DNA of 16,393 nt, taken from IMG/VR virus record IMGVR_UViG_2778261657_000002, one strand, 5' to 3'. Positions 1-8,123 of this stretch are shown in pieces. Both the position numbers and the translations under genes were made by a program. The notes under the pieces were generated by a model, which did not search any database, had not been told where the DNA came from, and saw only the letters and a list, made by a program, of their open reading frames with translations. This DNA comes from a virus (lineage: Duplodnaviria; Heunggongvirae; Uroviricota; Caudoviricetes). Every line of letters starts with the position of its first letter. Positions within the stretch are counted from its first letter, which is position 1.

Positions 1-296
1 CTATTTATCGGAAGGTTTATCTTGCTGCGGTTTGTTGTTGACCATATCGCACAACATAGAGAGCAGCATTAACCGTACTTTAAAGGGAGAATGACTAAAC
101 ACGCGCATACACCTCTTGAACTCATTCATAAGACCTCCTGACTTGCTAATCCCGTCGATCCTTGAGGGATGATTGCATTACATACAGATATAGCACAGGC
201 TATATTATAAAGCATCAACTATCTACGAAAAACAATAACTTACAGTGTTATCAATAAGTTACGTTAGTTAATATCTGTGAGTATTCGGCAGTATTT

Positions 297-1337
297 CTAA
301 GCTGTCGCGACATTTTTGCGACATTTTAAGGGGTTAAGTCGCACGGCATCTTCAAGGTGGCTTGGGGCGAAATGGGCATAACGCATTGTCATAGTGATGT
401 CAGCGTGGCCGAGAATTTTTTGCAGAACCAGAATGTTCCCGCCGTTCATCATAAAGTGGCTGGCAAATGTATGGCGCAGTACATGGGTAAGCTGGCCGGA
501 GGGGAGTTCAATGCCTGCGCGTTCCAAAGCAGAGCGGAACGCGTTATAGCAGGGTTTGGGGAACAGAGCGCCTTTCGTTTCAGGCAATTCGGATAGAAGT
601 TCATCATCAAGGGGGATTGTTCTGTTGCGCTTCCCTTTGGTTTTGACGAACGTAACTTTATCGCCTGCGATCTGAGAGCTTTTCAGCGTTGCCGCTTCAT
701 TCCATCTTGCGCCGGTCGCAAGACAGATTTTTACGACTAGCTCCAAGTATTTTACTTTGCTTCGTTTGCATTCCAGCAAAAGCAGCTCAATTTCTTCAGC
801 AGTGAGGAAAGCCATTTCGGTTTCATCAGTACGATACTGTCTGACGTTTTCCAGTGGGTTGGGGGCTGACCATTCCCCGATTCGTTTCAGCTCGTTGAAC
901 ATAGCCAGGAAGTAAGCATGTTCAAGGTTCATTGTTTTCGGGGAAACCTTGGATACTCTGCTAGTGCGGGCATAATGCCCATCAAGCCTTTTTGCGCGGT
1001 AGGCCGTGAACAGCTGGGCATTAAACTCTGTAGCTAGCGGGAATCCCATGCACTCTGCCGCCCAGGTCATAGCGTCTTTGCGCTTTTGACCATTGCGCAA
1101 AGCTACTCCGTGGCGTTCATACCACATTGTGATCAGGTCTATTAAAGTTCGTTTGTCCTTCCCTTCACCCAGCCAGGGCGCACTGTCTACTTTCTGAAGC
1201 GTATGGTTCTCAAATGCCAGGGCTTCCCCCTTCGTGGCAAATTTTTTACGTATGCGCTTCCCGTTCTTACCATTACTACGGTTGACGGTGTAGAAGTCGG
1301 CGATCCATTCGCCTGTCGGAAGTTTACGAACACTCAT
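297..1337 (-). CDS. int: Phage tyrosine integrase (site-specific recombinase)
   Basis: The C-terminal catalytic region carries the tyrosine-recombinase signature LTHVLRHTFASHF...ILGHADITMTMRYAH (R, H-x-x-R and the nucleophile Y). It lies immediately downstream of the cI-like gene, with the cI stop and int ATG arranged as TGAaATG, as in 186. The ORF track starts at a TTG at 1346; I prefer the in-frame ATG at 1337. Confidence 0.93.
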   Translation of the reverse strand: MSVRKLPTGEWIADFYTVNRSNGKNGKRIRKKFATKGEALAFENHTLQKVDSAPWLGEGKDKRTLIDLITMWYERHGVALRNGQKRKDAMTWAAECMGFPLATEFNAQLFTAYRAKRLDGHYARTSRVSKVSPKTMNLEHAYFLAMFNELKRIGEWSAPNPLENVRQYRTDETEMAFLTAEEIELLLLECKRSKVKYLELVVKICLATGARWNEAATLKSSQIAGDKVTFVKTKGKRNRTIPLDDELLSELPETKGALFPKPCYNAFRSALERAGIELPSGQLTHVLRHTFASHFMMNGGNILVLQKILGHADITMTMRYAHFAPSHLEDAVRLNPLKCRKNVATA

Positions 1338-1338
1338 T

Positions 1339-1917
1339 TCATTCAATCGTCAGAACAATGCGGCCGATGATTTTTATATCGTCAATACCGCAGTCAAAAG
1401 CCATACCTACGCCGCTTACTCTAACTTTTCCCACAGGGATGCGTGTTAGTGTTCTAACGCTGGTTTTACCTTCAACTTCGACAAGCCAAACATCGTCATA
1501 AACTTCAGTAAAGTGTTGATCAACAATGTATTGCATTGTGTTATCAATCACACAGATAGGATTCTGCGGTAAAGGTTTGCCAGGTAAAAAAGTAACCTTA
1601 TCGAGCATTAGGAAACCAGACTCATAGAGTTTTCCGTCCACAATCTTCTTGCGTGGCAATTTCATGATGTCTAATTCGTCATCGTTAAACTTTCTACCTT
1701 GTCCAGTCGCAAGCCATTCCAGAGTAGCTCCTGTTTCAGCCATACATCTAACAACGATATCAGCTGGAAAAAAATCCCTCTTATACCGGTTAGCCAGACT
1801 GCTGCTTGCTATATCAAGATGTTCGGCTAGGGCTAGTTTTGTGTTGAATCCATACGCTTGGATAACTCTATCTAGTACCTCAGCTCCGCCATGAGAAAAC
1901 TCAATTTGTAGATTCAC
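1339..1917 (-). CDS. cI: 186-type CI immunity repressor
   Basis: 192 aa, the length I recall for phage 186 CI. N-terminal HTH-like segment (VLDRVIQAYGFNTKLALAEHLDIASSSLANRY). It is transcribed divergently from the apl/cII operon and sits directly upstream of int. The start is a GTG with an AAGG ribosome-binding site about 10 nt upstream. Confidence 0.85.
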   Translation of the reverse strand: MNLQIEFSHGGAEVLDRVIQAYGFNTKLALAEHLDIASSSLANRYKRDFFPADIVVRCMAETGATLEWLATGQGRKFNDDELDIMKLPRKKIVDGKLYESGFLMLDKVTFLPGKPLPQNPICVIDNTMQYIVDQHFTEVYDDVWLVEVEGKTSVRTLTRIPVGKVRVSGVGMAFDCGIDDIKIIGRIVLTIE

Positions 1918-2036
1918 GAAAGTTTTACCTTGAAATCTTGCGCGGAGTGAGTTTAAACTCCGCTTTGTAGGTTTAAGTGAATATTGACAGTTACAGCCCT
2001 GTATTGCCGTACAGGTTAACTTATGGAGTTTGCCTC
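1918..2036. promoter_or_regulatory. Lysis/lysogeny switch region between cI and apl (candidate face-to-face pR/pL promoters and operators)
   Basis: Intergenic region between divergent cI and apl. It contains a consensus -35 hexamer TTGACA (1984..1989, plus strand), an inverted repeat GCGGAG-N10-CTCCGC (1942..1963) enclosing the perfect palindrome GAGTTTAAACTC (1949..1960), and a CTGT-N8-ACAG palindrome (1999..2014). Promoter assignment is inference from 186 biology. Confidence 0.5.
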
Positions 2037-2258
2037 ATGCGTCCGAACATTACAATCATCATCCCAGAGCCATACCTGCCTTTAGACGAGTATTGCCGCC
2101 GTACTGGTACCAACAAAGAAACCGCCAGGAACCTGATCGAATACGGGAAATTACCTATTAAGCCGAAGGGTAAGCAGAAGAAAGGCCTGGTCGAAGTCAA
2201 CATGGCCGCGCTCACTATTCAGGCTTTAAGCGAATGTGACATTTCGCTTAACGCGTAA
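2037..2258 (+). CDS. apl: Apl/Cox-like excisionase and transcriptional regulator
   Basis: Small basic protein (73 aa from the ATG at 2037, with a GGAG ribosome-binding site 8 nt upstream) and first gene of the rightward operon opposite cI, the position of apl in 186 and cox in P2. The ORF track's longer 93-aa version begins at a GTG inside the switch region. Confidence 0.7.
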   Translation: MRPNITIIIPEPYLPLDEYCRRTGTNKETARNLIEYGKLPIKPKGKQKKGLVEVNMAALTIQALSECDISLNA

Positions 2259-2288
2259 TCCATCCTACGGATTAGGGAGAGGCAAACA

Positions 2289-2792
2289 ATGTTTGATTAC
2301 CAGACCTCTAAACATGCGCACTTTGATGCGGCTTGCCGAGCATTTGCAATTGAGCACAATCTTGAAGATGTGGCCGCTGCCGTTGGTATGAGGCCACAGA
2401 TCCTGCGTAATAAACTGAACCCAGCGCAACCGCACCGCCTGACCTGTGATGAACTTTTGGCTATCACGGATTACACCGAAGATGCGCGTTTACTGGATGG
2501 GATGCTGGGGCAGATTAACTGCCTTCCATCCGTACCGGTGAACAATGCAACAGAAGGCAACATGCAACTGTGTGCACTGAGCGCCACAGCCAGTGTGGGC
2601 GCGATTGCTGGGGAAGCCGTATCAGCTGGTCATATGACCGCCGCCCGCCGTACTCAAATTCTGGATCGTGCCCGAGATGCAATCCGTAGCTTATCCGTGC
2701 TGGCTTATACCGTTGAAAGCCGTATTCACTCTGCGCCGGTTTTGGCCGCTGCGGTGGATCTGGTCACAACCAACGCCACCGGCCTGATGTGA
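2289..2792 (+). CDS. cII: CII-like lysogeny establishment activator
   Basis: 167 aa, directly after apl. The N-terminus (MFDYQTSKH...ACRAFA...LRNKLNP.QPH) resembles what I recall of 186 CII (169 aa). A GGGAGAGG ribosome-binding site precedes the ATG. Confidence 0.75.
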   Translation: MFDYQTSKHAHFDAACRAFAIEHNLEDVAAAVGMRPQILRNKLNPAQPHRLTCDELLAITDYTEDARLLDGMLGQINCLPSVPVNNATEGNMQLCALSATASVGAIAGEAVSAGHMTAARRTQILDRARDAIRSLSVLAYTVESRIHSAPVLAAAVDLVTTNATGLM

Positions 2793-2801
2793 GGGAGAAC
2801 C

Positions 2802-2975
2802 ATGAAAGCGTTTGTCACTTACCTGAAAAACGAATCACCGGCCATGCAATTGCCCAGTGGTTCAACGGGCTGGATTGAACTGCCGAACGGTCAGCGCTGG
2901 AACCCTGGCCACATGTACAAATTCAATGGCCAGCAGCCGCGTCGCCCGTGGTGGCGTCGTCTGATGGGGCTATAG
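2802..2975 (+). CDS. Hypothetical small early protein (57 aa), not in the ORF track
   Basis: ATG at 2802 preceded by GAGGGAGA. It translates to MKAFVTYLKNESPAMQLPSGSTGWIELPNGQRWNPGHMYKFNGQQPRRPWWRRLMGL and stops with TAG at 2973..2975. It fills the gap between cII and the next ORF in the same orientation. Confidence 0.45.
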   Translation: MKAFVTYLKNESPAMQLPSGSTGWIELPNGQRWNPGHMYKFNGQQPRRPWWRRLMGL

Positions 2976-2984
2976 GGGGACGCT

Positions 2985-3413
2985 ATGGCGATTAGCCAGG
3001 AACAGCAAAAGCGCGGGCTGGAGCATTTAAAACAGATCCGCCGCAAATACTTCAGCGAAAGCAGCGAGGCCGCTGAATGGTGGGACAACTTGACACCGGA
3101 GTGGCGCGGCGTAGTACTTCATGCTGCTGCGGTTACTTCTGGTACCGGGGCATTTAAAGCCCATTTAAGCAAGTGCTGCTGGCGTGAGCTTTATGAACGC
3201 CTGGGCTATCGGGACATGATTCAACTGCGCCAGGGCATTTCACGGGCGCGGTTAACGTTTGAAGGTTTCGGCAGTTTACGTGACAGCGATTTTTCGAAAC
3301 GTACCGCGAACCGCCCAATCAAGAAGGTTCATCCAATTTATAGCAGCAGCGGGGTGCAGATGGTGGTTGCACCTCATATTGTCCAGAAGTTACAGCAACA
3401 GGGGAATCACTGA
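2985..3413 (+). CDS. Hypothetical early protein (142 aa)
   Basis: ORF with a GGGGGA ribosome-binding site, in the early rightward operon; no recognisable motif. Confidence 0.6.
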   Translation: MAISQEQQKRGLEHLKQIRRKYFSESSEAAEWWDNLTPEWRGVVLHAAAVTSGTGAFKAHLSKCCWRELYERLGYRDMIQLRQGISRARLTFEGFGSLRDSDFSKRTANRPIKKVHPIYSSSGVQMVVAPHIVQKLQQQGNH

Positions 3414-3814
3414 TGTCCATTATTTCGGTTGAAGGTAAATCACTAGGGGCAGAGCTGGCTGTGTGGGGCGTCCCGCATAACTACGCATTAGCGTTTGCAG
3501 AGAAAAGCACCAGTAAAAATGGGCGTATCGCTTTGCATCCGTTCTTCTTCAACGACACTGAACACATGACAAATCCGCGTCACTGGCTGGCGATCAATGC
3601 TGCTTTCTGGTGCTGCGTATATCGCGAAGCGAAAAGCAAAGAAGCCCAGATAGAAGCGCTGGCGGGGATTCGTGCAATTTTCTATACAGCCGGGGCGTTG
3701 GGCGTTGGCGAGATAAAAGCGCTGATCCAGGAGTGGTGGCGGATAACCTATGAGCTGCACCTGATTCCGGCACCGAACTACTCAGCCGCCACAGTACAAC
3801 CCACTTTTCACTAA
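3413..3814 (+). CDS. Hypothetical early protein (133 aa)
   Basis: Its start overlaps the previous stop (TGATG), indicating translational coupling; no recognisable motif. Confidence 0.6.
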   Translation: MSIISVEGKSLGAELAVWGVPHNYALAFAEKSTSKNGRIALHPFFFNDTEHMTNPRHWLAINAAFWCCVYREAKSKEAQIEALAGIRAIFYTAGALGVGEIKALIQEWWRITYELHLIPAPNYSAATVQPTFH

Positions 3815-3881
3815 TTAACAGCCTGAATTTTTTGGCCACGGTTCAAGTGGCCGGGGATTCTTTTGCCTTAAGGAAACCAAA

Positions 3882-4115
3882 ATGCACATGACACGTCAGG
3901 ATTTACCCGCAACAAAATCAGGCACCGACCTGCTGGCCATGCTCACCAAAGCCACGCAGGAAGGTAAAGCCGCAGCAGCTGATCTGTGTTCCACCCGTCT
4001 GGATAAGCTGGCCACTCATGCGGCCAATGAAGGTTTAAGCGCAACGGAAATCGTTGAGTTAATCCGCGAAGAAGCCGCAGCGATTTGCAGCAAAGGCGGT
4101 GCGGCATGGAATTGA
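3882..4115 (+). CDS. Hypothetical small protein (77 aa)
   Basis: AAGGAAA ribosome-binding site 7 nt upstream of the ATG; Ala-rich, probably helical; its 3' end overlaps the exonuclease start. Confidence 0.5.
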   Translation: MHMTRQDLPATKSGTDLLAMLTKATQEGKAAAADLCSTRLDKLATHAANEGLSATEIVELIREEAAAICSKGGAAWN

Positions 4116-4810
4116 GCACTCGCAATCAACTTTTTTCGGCCATTTTGGGTGGGGTGGTTTCTGGTGCCAGAGCTAAAGAAGGGGCTTCGTTGCGCGATGT
4201 GATTCGCCAGTGTTGGAGGATCACCGATCAGTCTCTGTATTTTTCCGACCGTCTGGAAACCGAACAACAGATAGCAAAGCGCTGGATTGATAAGGGCTTT
4301 GTCATTCTTGATACAGAAACCACAGGACTAGGATTTGATGATGAAATTGTAGAAATTTCGATCATCGACTGTGCTGGTTACGTTTTGCTTAATACGCTGG
4401 TCAAGCCATCGAAATCTATTCCAGAAGCGGCAACTGCAATTCACGGTATTACGGATGAAATGGTTGCTAATGCACCATCATGGTTGGAAATTCTGCCGAA
4501 AGTATTGGAGTTAACAAGTAAAGGCTGGGTCGCATATAACGCAAAATTTGATGCGCGTATGTTGCGCCAGTCTGGTGGGGATTATGAACAGCATGAGGAT
4601 ATATGCACCCCTGAGTGCGTAATGCAGCTGTACGCAGATTATAACGGTGAATGGGATGTTGTACGCCGTAAAACCCGCTGGAAACGACTTGTGGATGCAG
4701 CGGCGGCGCTTAAGGTTGATGCCGGAGAAGGTGCACCACATAGAGCGTTGTATGACTGCAATCTGACGCTTGGTGTGATCCTTGCTATTGCAGAAGGCGG
4801 TGCAAAATGA
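4106..4810 (+). CDS. DnaQ-like 3'-5' exonuclease (DEDDh family)
   Basis: Exo I motif ILDTETTGL, Exo II motif YNAKFD and Exo III motif H-x4-D (HRALYD) are all present in the correct order. The ATG at 4106 is preferred over the TTG at 4085 used by the ORF track. Confidence 0.85.
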   Translation: MELSTRNQLFSAILGGVVSGARAKEGASLRDVIRQCWRITDQSLYFSDRLETEQQIAKRWIDKGFVILDTETTGLGFDDEIVEISIIDCAGYVLLNTLVKPSKSIPEAATAIHGITDEMVANAPSWLEILPKVLELTSKGWVAYNAKFDARMLRQSGGDYEQHEDICTPECVMQLYADYNGEWDVVRRKTRWKRLVDAAAALKVDAGEGAPHRALYDCNLTLGVILAIAEGGAK

Positions 4811-5136
4811 CAATCAAAATCCACACGATAAAGATTGCGCCGAAATACCTTGATGCAGTAGTGGCTGGCCAGAAAAAGGCCGAACTGCGAAAAAACGATC
4901 GCGGGTACAAAACCGGTAATGTTCTTTCACTTTGTGAGTGGAAGCACGGGAAATACACCGGGCGTGAGTGGGCGGCGGTTATCACCCATGTTTTTCCTGT
5001 AAATGAAATTATCGCTGATACCGAAAACTGGGCGGTTTTGTCCATCTGTTCACTGTCGCCGCTTGAAGTGCTGGAATACATCATTTCAAACGGTGTCACT
5101 GAGGCGTTAGCTGGCGGAGGTCAATATGGCCGTTAA
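4807..5136 (+). CDS. ASCH/PUA-like (DUF3850-type) domain protein
   Basis: 109 aa. The N-terminal region ([40 protein letters not shown]) resembles the small beta-barrel ASCH/DUF3850 proteins common in phages. Its start overlaps the exonuclease stop (ATGA). Confidence 0.55.
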   Translation: MTIKIHTIKIAPKYLDAVVAGQKKAELRKNDRGYKTGNVLSLCEWKHGKYTGREWAAVITHVFPVNEIIADTENWAVLSICSLSPLEVLEYIISNGVTEALAGGGQYGR

Positions 5137-5986
5137 AACTCCGCTTAAATGGGTGGGCAGCAAAGCCCGCCTTATGCCTAAGCTGCGTCCGCACCTTCCA
5201 GAAGGTAAACGCCTGGTTGAACCGTTCGCAGGTTCCTGCGCCGTCATGATGAATACGGATTATGACGAGTATCTGATCGCAGATGTGAATCCTGATCTGG
5301 TTAATCTTTATAAGGCGATGGCGTATCACACTGATGCGCTGCTGAATGAGCTGGAGATCCTGTTTACTGCCAGTTCGTTAGGTGATGAAGAAAGCCGTGC
5401 CGTTTTCTATTACGCCGTGCGTGATGCTTTCAATCTTTCTGGTGGTAAGGCTGGTTCTGAATCTGTTGAAAATGCTGCGCGTTTCCTGTACCTGAATCGC
5501 CACTGCTTCAATGGCCTGTGCCGGTATAACCGCCGAGGACAGTTCAACGTCCCGTTCGGTAAGTACAAAAAGCCTTATTTCCCCGCTGATGAAATCCGCG
5601 CCTTTGCTGAAAAAGCGAAACGCGCAACGTTCATTACTGCCCACTATTCAGAAACACTCGATTTGGTTCGGGACGGGAATGACGTTGTTTACTGTGATCC
5701 GCCTTATCTGACTGAAAGCGACAATTTCACCGCTTACCATGAGCGCGGTTTTACGCATATGGATCAGGGGAGGCTGGCGCGTAAGTTGCGCCGTCTGGCC
5801 AGAAAAGGTGTGCCGGTTGTGGCCTCTAACGCCGATCTGGAAATGGTTCATTACCTGTACGCCGGATTTGAAGCCGTTCGCGTTAATGCCCCGCGAAGTA
5901 TTGGTGCCGCAGCTACATGCCAAAAGACGGCCGCTGAGTTGATTCTGAAGTCTCCGCTTGATTCCATTGTGGTGGCTTGTGCATGA
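5126..5986 (+). CDS. dam: Dam-family DNA N6-adenine methyltransferase
   Basis: Catalytic DPPY motif (VVYCDPPYL), N-terminal AdoMet-binding region (KWVGSKARL...EPFAGSCAV) and overall length typical of GATC-type Dam methylases. GGAGG ribosome-binding site. The target specificity is not shown by the sequence. Confidence 0.9.
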   Translation: MAVKTPLKWVGSKARLMPKLRPHLPEGKRLVEPFAGSCAVMMNTDYDEYLIADVNPDLVNLYKAMAYHTDALLNELEILFTASSLGDEESRAVFYYAVRDAFNLSGGKAGSESVENAARFLYLNRHCFNGLCRYNRRGQFNVPFGKYKKPYFPADEIRAFAEKAKRATFITAHYSETLDLVRDGNDVVYCDPPYLTESDNFTAYHERGFTHMDQGRLARKLRRLARKGVPVVASNADLEMVHYLYAGFEAVRVNAPRSIGAAATCQKTAAELILKSPLDSIVVACA

Positions 5987-8004
5987 CGCTGGCAATAAAC
6001 GAACAATGCTATGCCGTTGATGCCTGGAGGCGGGAAACATTCGCGCCAGGCACTCCGGCAGACGCGACAATCACAGAACGCCGCCTGTGGGCTGTAAACC
6101 CGCAGGATTATGAATGGCGATCCCGGTACCTGCATGAGATACCCGACTGGTTAGCCGGGTATTTTGGCCGTCGTTACGAAAAGCTTTTTTCTGGCCGTGA
6201 CGGGCGTCGCCGTGCCAATACATTCCTGCGCAAAACAATCGGTGAGAATGTATTGCCACGTCTGCGCAAAGTGGCTGCGCGTTACTCGCTGGCCGCTGAT
6301 GCTGCTGATCTTCCTTTTGGTAAGTCGCTGGAGCGCTTGCCGTCACTAGACCGTCCTGATCTTAAAAAACTGGCTGGCCAGATATCTGGCTGGATTTCCC
6401 AGTCACTTTATGACTTCACCGAACAGTTTGATTCCGGCGCTGACGACGCCAGAGAGCTGCATCGCCGCACCCTGGAATCATACCGCCATCTTTGTGCCTG
6501 TTGCCTGATGCTGAATAACCAGCCGCCGTACTGGGCTGAACATGAGGCCAATGAAGGTCAACTGGAAATGCGTAAGGCGGAATCCGGGATACTGCGCATG
6601 ATGGCGCCGGAATGGTGGTACCTGCGTTTTAAACGTGCTCGTGATACGCAGCGCGAGCACATGGCCATTACGGTGGGACAGGTGCAAAAAGCGGCCAGCG
6701 CTTATGTATCTCGCAAAACACTGGGCGAATGGATAGACCAGAAAAAGCGGAATCTGGAGTTCTTTAAAAAGTTTGATCTGCTGAATGATGAGGGGCTGCG
6801 CATTGCACTGGACAGCATGGTGCACCGCAGCGTTGCAAATCCGGCGATCCGTCGATGTGAACTAATGGTAAGAATGCGAGGGTTCGAAGATATGGCCAAT
6901 GAAGAAGGGCTGGCCGGTGAGTTTTACACTATCACCGCGCCATCACGTTTCCATGCGGTTCACAGCAAAGGGGGCTTTGTATCGCAATGGGATGGAAGTA
7001 CACCGCAGGATACCCAGCGCTATTTATGCGGCGTATGGGCAAAAGCACGCGCAGCGATCTCGCGTGCGGGTATTCATGTATTTGGGTTTCGGGTTGTTGA
7101 GCCTCACCATGACGGGACACCGCACTGGCATATGTTGCTTTTTATGCGTCCGCAGGACGTGGACACGGTGCGCGATATTCTTTGCTATCACGCCAGAATT
7201 ACCGATTCTGAAGAACTGCAATCTGAAAAGGCGCTGAAGGCACGTTTTCATGTTGAAGCTATCGATCCCGCCAAAGGTTCGGCCACGGGCTACATCGCGA
7301 AATACATTTCAAAAAATATTGATGGTTTTGCGCTTGATGGTGAGCAGGACGAAGAAACCGGCGAAAACCTGCGTGATATGGCTAAGTCCGTTTCCGCGTG
7401 GGCTTCACGCTGGCGTATTCGCCAGTTTCAGCAGATTGGTGGTGCGCCGGTAACCGTCTGGCGTGAGCTGCGTCGGTTGCGGGATCAGGTACTGACAGAT
7501 CGCAGAATGGATGCGGTTCTGGCCGCTGCTGATGTCGGGGACTGGGCTGCATATACCCAGGCGCAGGGAGGGGCACTGGTTGCCCGCCGTGATCTGGTTG
7601 TTCGTCTGGCCTATGAAATTACGGAACAGGGCAACGAATACGCGGAGGACGTGCAGCGCGTACAGGGTGTTTATTCTCCTTTGGTTCCTGATTCAGAAGT
7701 TTGCACCCGTCTGGTTAAGTGGCAAAAGGTTGCGAAGTTGGCCGAAGCGCCAGCGGAGGCGGGTTTTTCTGGCGGCAACGCCGCCCCTTGGAGTTCTGTC
7801 AATAACTGTACGGAAGGGGGAACCCGCAGACGGTTAAAACTGGAATTATGCAGTCGGGGTTTTGATGGTTCTGATGAAGAAATAGCGATTCTCCTGCGGG
7901 GTAGTGGTTTGAGATTTGGTCAGGGCGCTCTGATTTACCGCAACGGACGGCTTAAAGAGACTCAAAACGAGCCATTACAGGAGCTGTGGCCGGGGTGGTT
8001 ATAG
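5983..8004 (+). CDS. A: Replication initiation protein gpA (rolling-circle nickase)
   Basis: About 674 aa, with the metal-binding HUH-type motif (TPHWHMLLF) and the paired active-site tyrosines (GYIAKYISK) characteristic of the P2/186 A protein. The start overlaps the dam stop (ATGA). The origin should lie inside this gene but I could not locate it. Confidence 0.9.
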   Translation: MTLAINEQCYAVDAWRRETFAPGTPADATITERRLWAVNPQDYEWRSRYLHEIPDWLAGYFGRRYEKLFSGRDGRRRANTFLRKTIGENVLPRLRKVAARYSLAADAADLPFGKSLERLPSLDRPDLKKLAGQISGWISQSLYDFTEQFDSGADDARELHRRTLESYRHLCACCLMLNNQPPYWAEHEANEGQLEMRKAESGILRMMAPEWWYLRFKRARDTQREHMAITVGQVQKAASAYVSRKTLGEWIDQKKRNLEFFKKFDLLNDEGLRIALDSMVHRSVANPAIRRCELMVRMRGFEDMANEEGLAGEFYTITAPSRFHAVHSKGGFVSQWDGSTPQDTQRYLCGVWAKARAAISRAGIHVFGFRVVEPHHDGTPHWHMLLFMRPQDVDTVRDILCYHARITDSEELQSEKALKARFHVEAIDPAKGSATGYIAKYISKNIDGFALDGEQDEETGENLRDMAKSVSAWASRWRIRQFQQIGGAPVTVWRELRRLRDQVLTDRRMDAVLAAADVGDWAAYTQAQGGALVARRDLVVRLAYEITEQGNEYAEDVQRVQGVYSPLVPDSEVCTRLVKWQKVAKLAEAPAEAGFSGGNAAPWSSVNNCTEGGTRRRLKLELCSRGFDGSDEEIAILLRGSGLRFGQGALIYRNGRLKETQNEPLQELWPGWL

Positions 8005-8081
8005 CGGTGTAAGTATGTGAAAGGCATTCATTTGTCAGTAGATGGCAGGAAATTAAATTTCACAATTCGTGCTTTAAGGTG

Positions 8082-8101
8082 TACTGTATGTATATCCAGT
8101 T
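8082..8101 (+). promoter_or_regulatory. Candidate LexA (SOS) box
   Basis: TACTGTATGTATATCCAGTT matches the E. coli LexA consensus TACTGTATATATATACAGTA at 17 of 20 positions, with CTG-N10-CAG retained. It lies 22 bp upstream of the ATG at 8124. Confidence 0.5.
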
Positions 8102-8123
8102 ATTTATTGCTTGTGGGGGCTAA

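Noticed and set aside
180-296. Searched the AT-rich region downstream of int for a tRNA or tmRNA 3' end as the integration target
   Set aside because: No T-arm-like GTTCGA(A/G)TC motif or CCA-proximal acceptor stem was found; the attachment site cannot be defined without the other prophage end.
306-327. Tandem direct repeat GCGACATTTT x2 near the integrase stop, considered as possible Int arm-type sites or att core
   Set aside because: It lies within the C-terminal codons of int, does not resemble the P2 arm-site consensus I recall, and has no matching copy at the other prophage end in this window; cannot be distinguished from chance.
357-596. 79-aa plus-strand ORF inside the integrase gene
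   Set aside because: Lies entirely antisense to a well-supported integrase with clear catalytic motifs; no ribosome-binding site or recognisable motif; typical shadow ORF.
1649-1894. 81-aa plus-strand ORF inside cI
   Set aside because: Antisense to the CI repressor gene; Ser/Leu/Arg-rich composition typical of out-of-frame translation.
2021-2215. 64-aa minus-strand ORF overlapping apl
   Set aside because: Antisense to the better-supported Apl/Cox-like ORF, which has a GGAG ribosome-binding site; no independent evidence.
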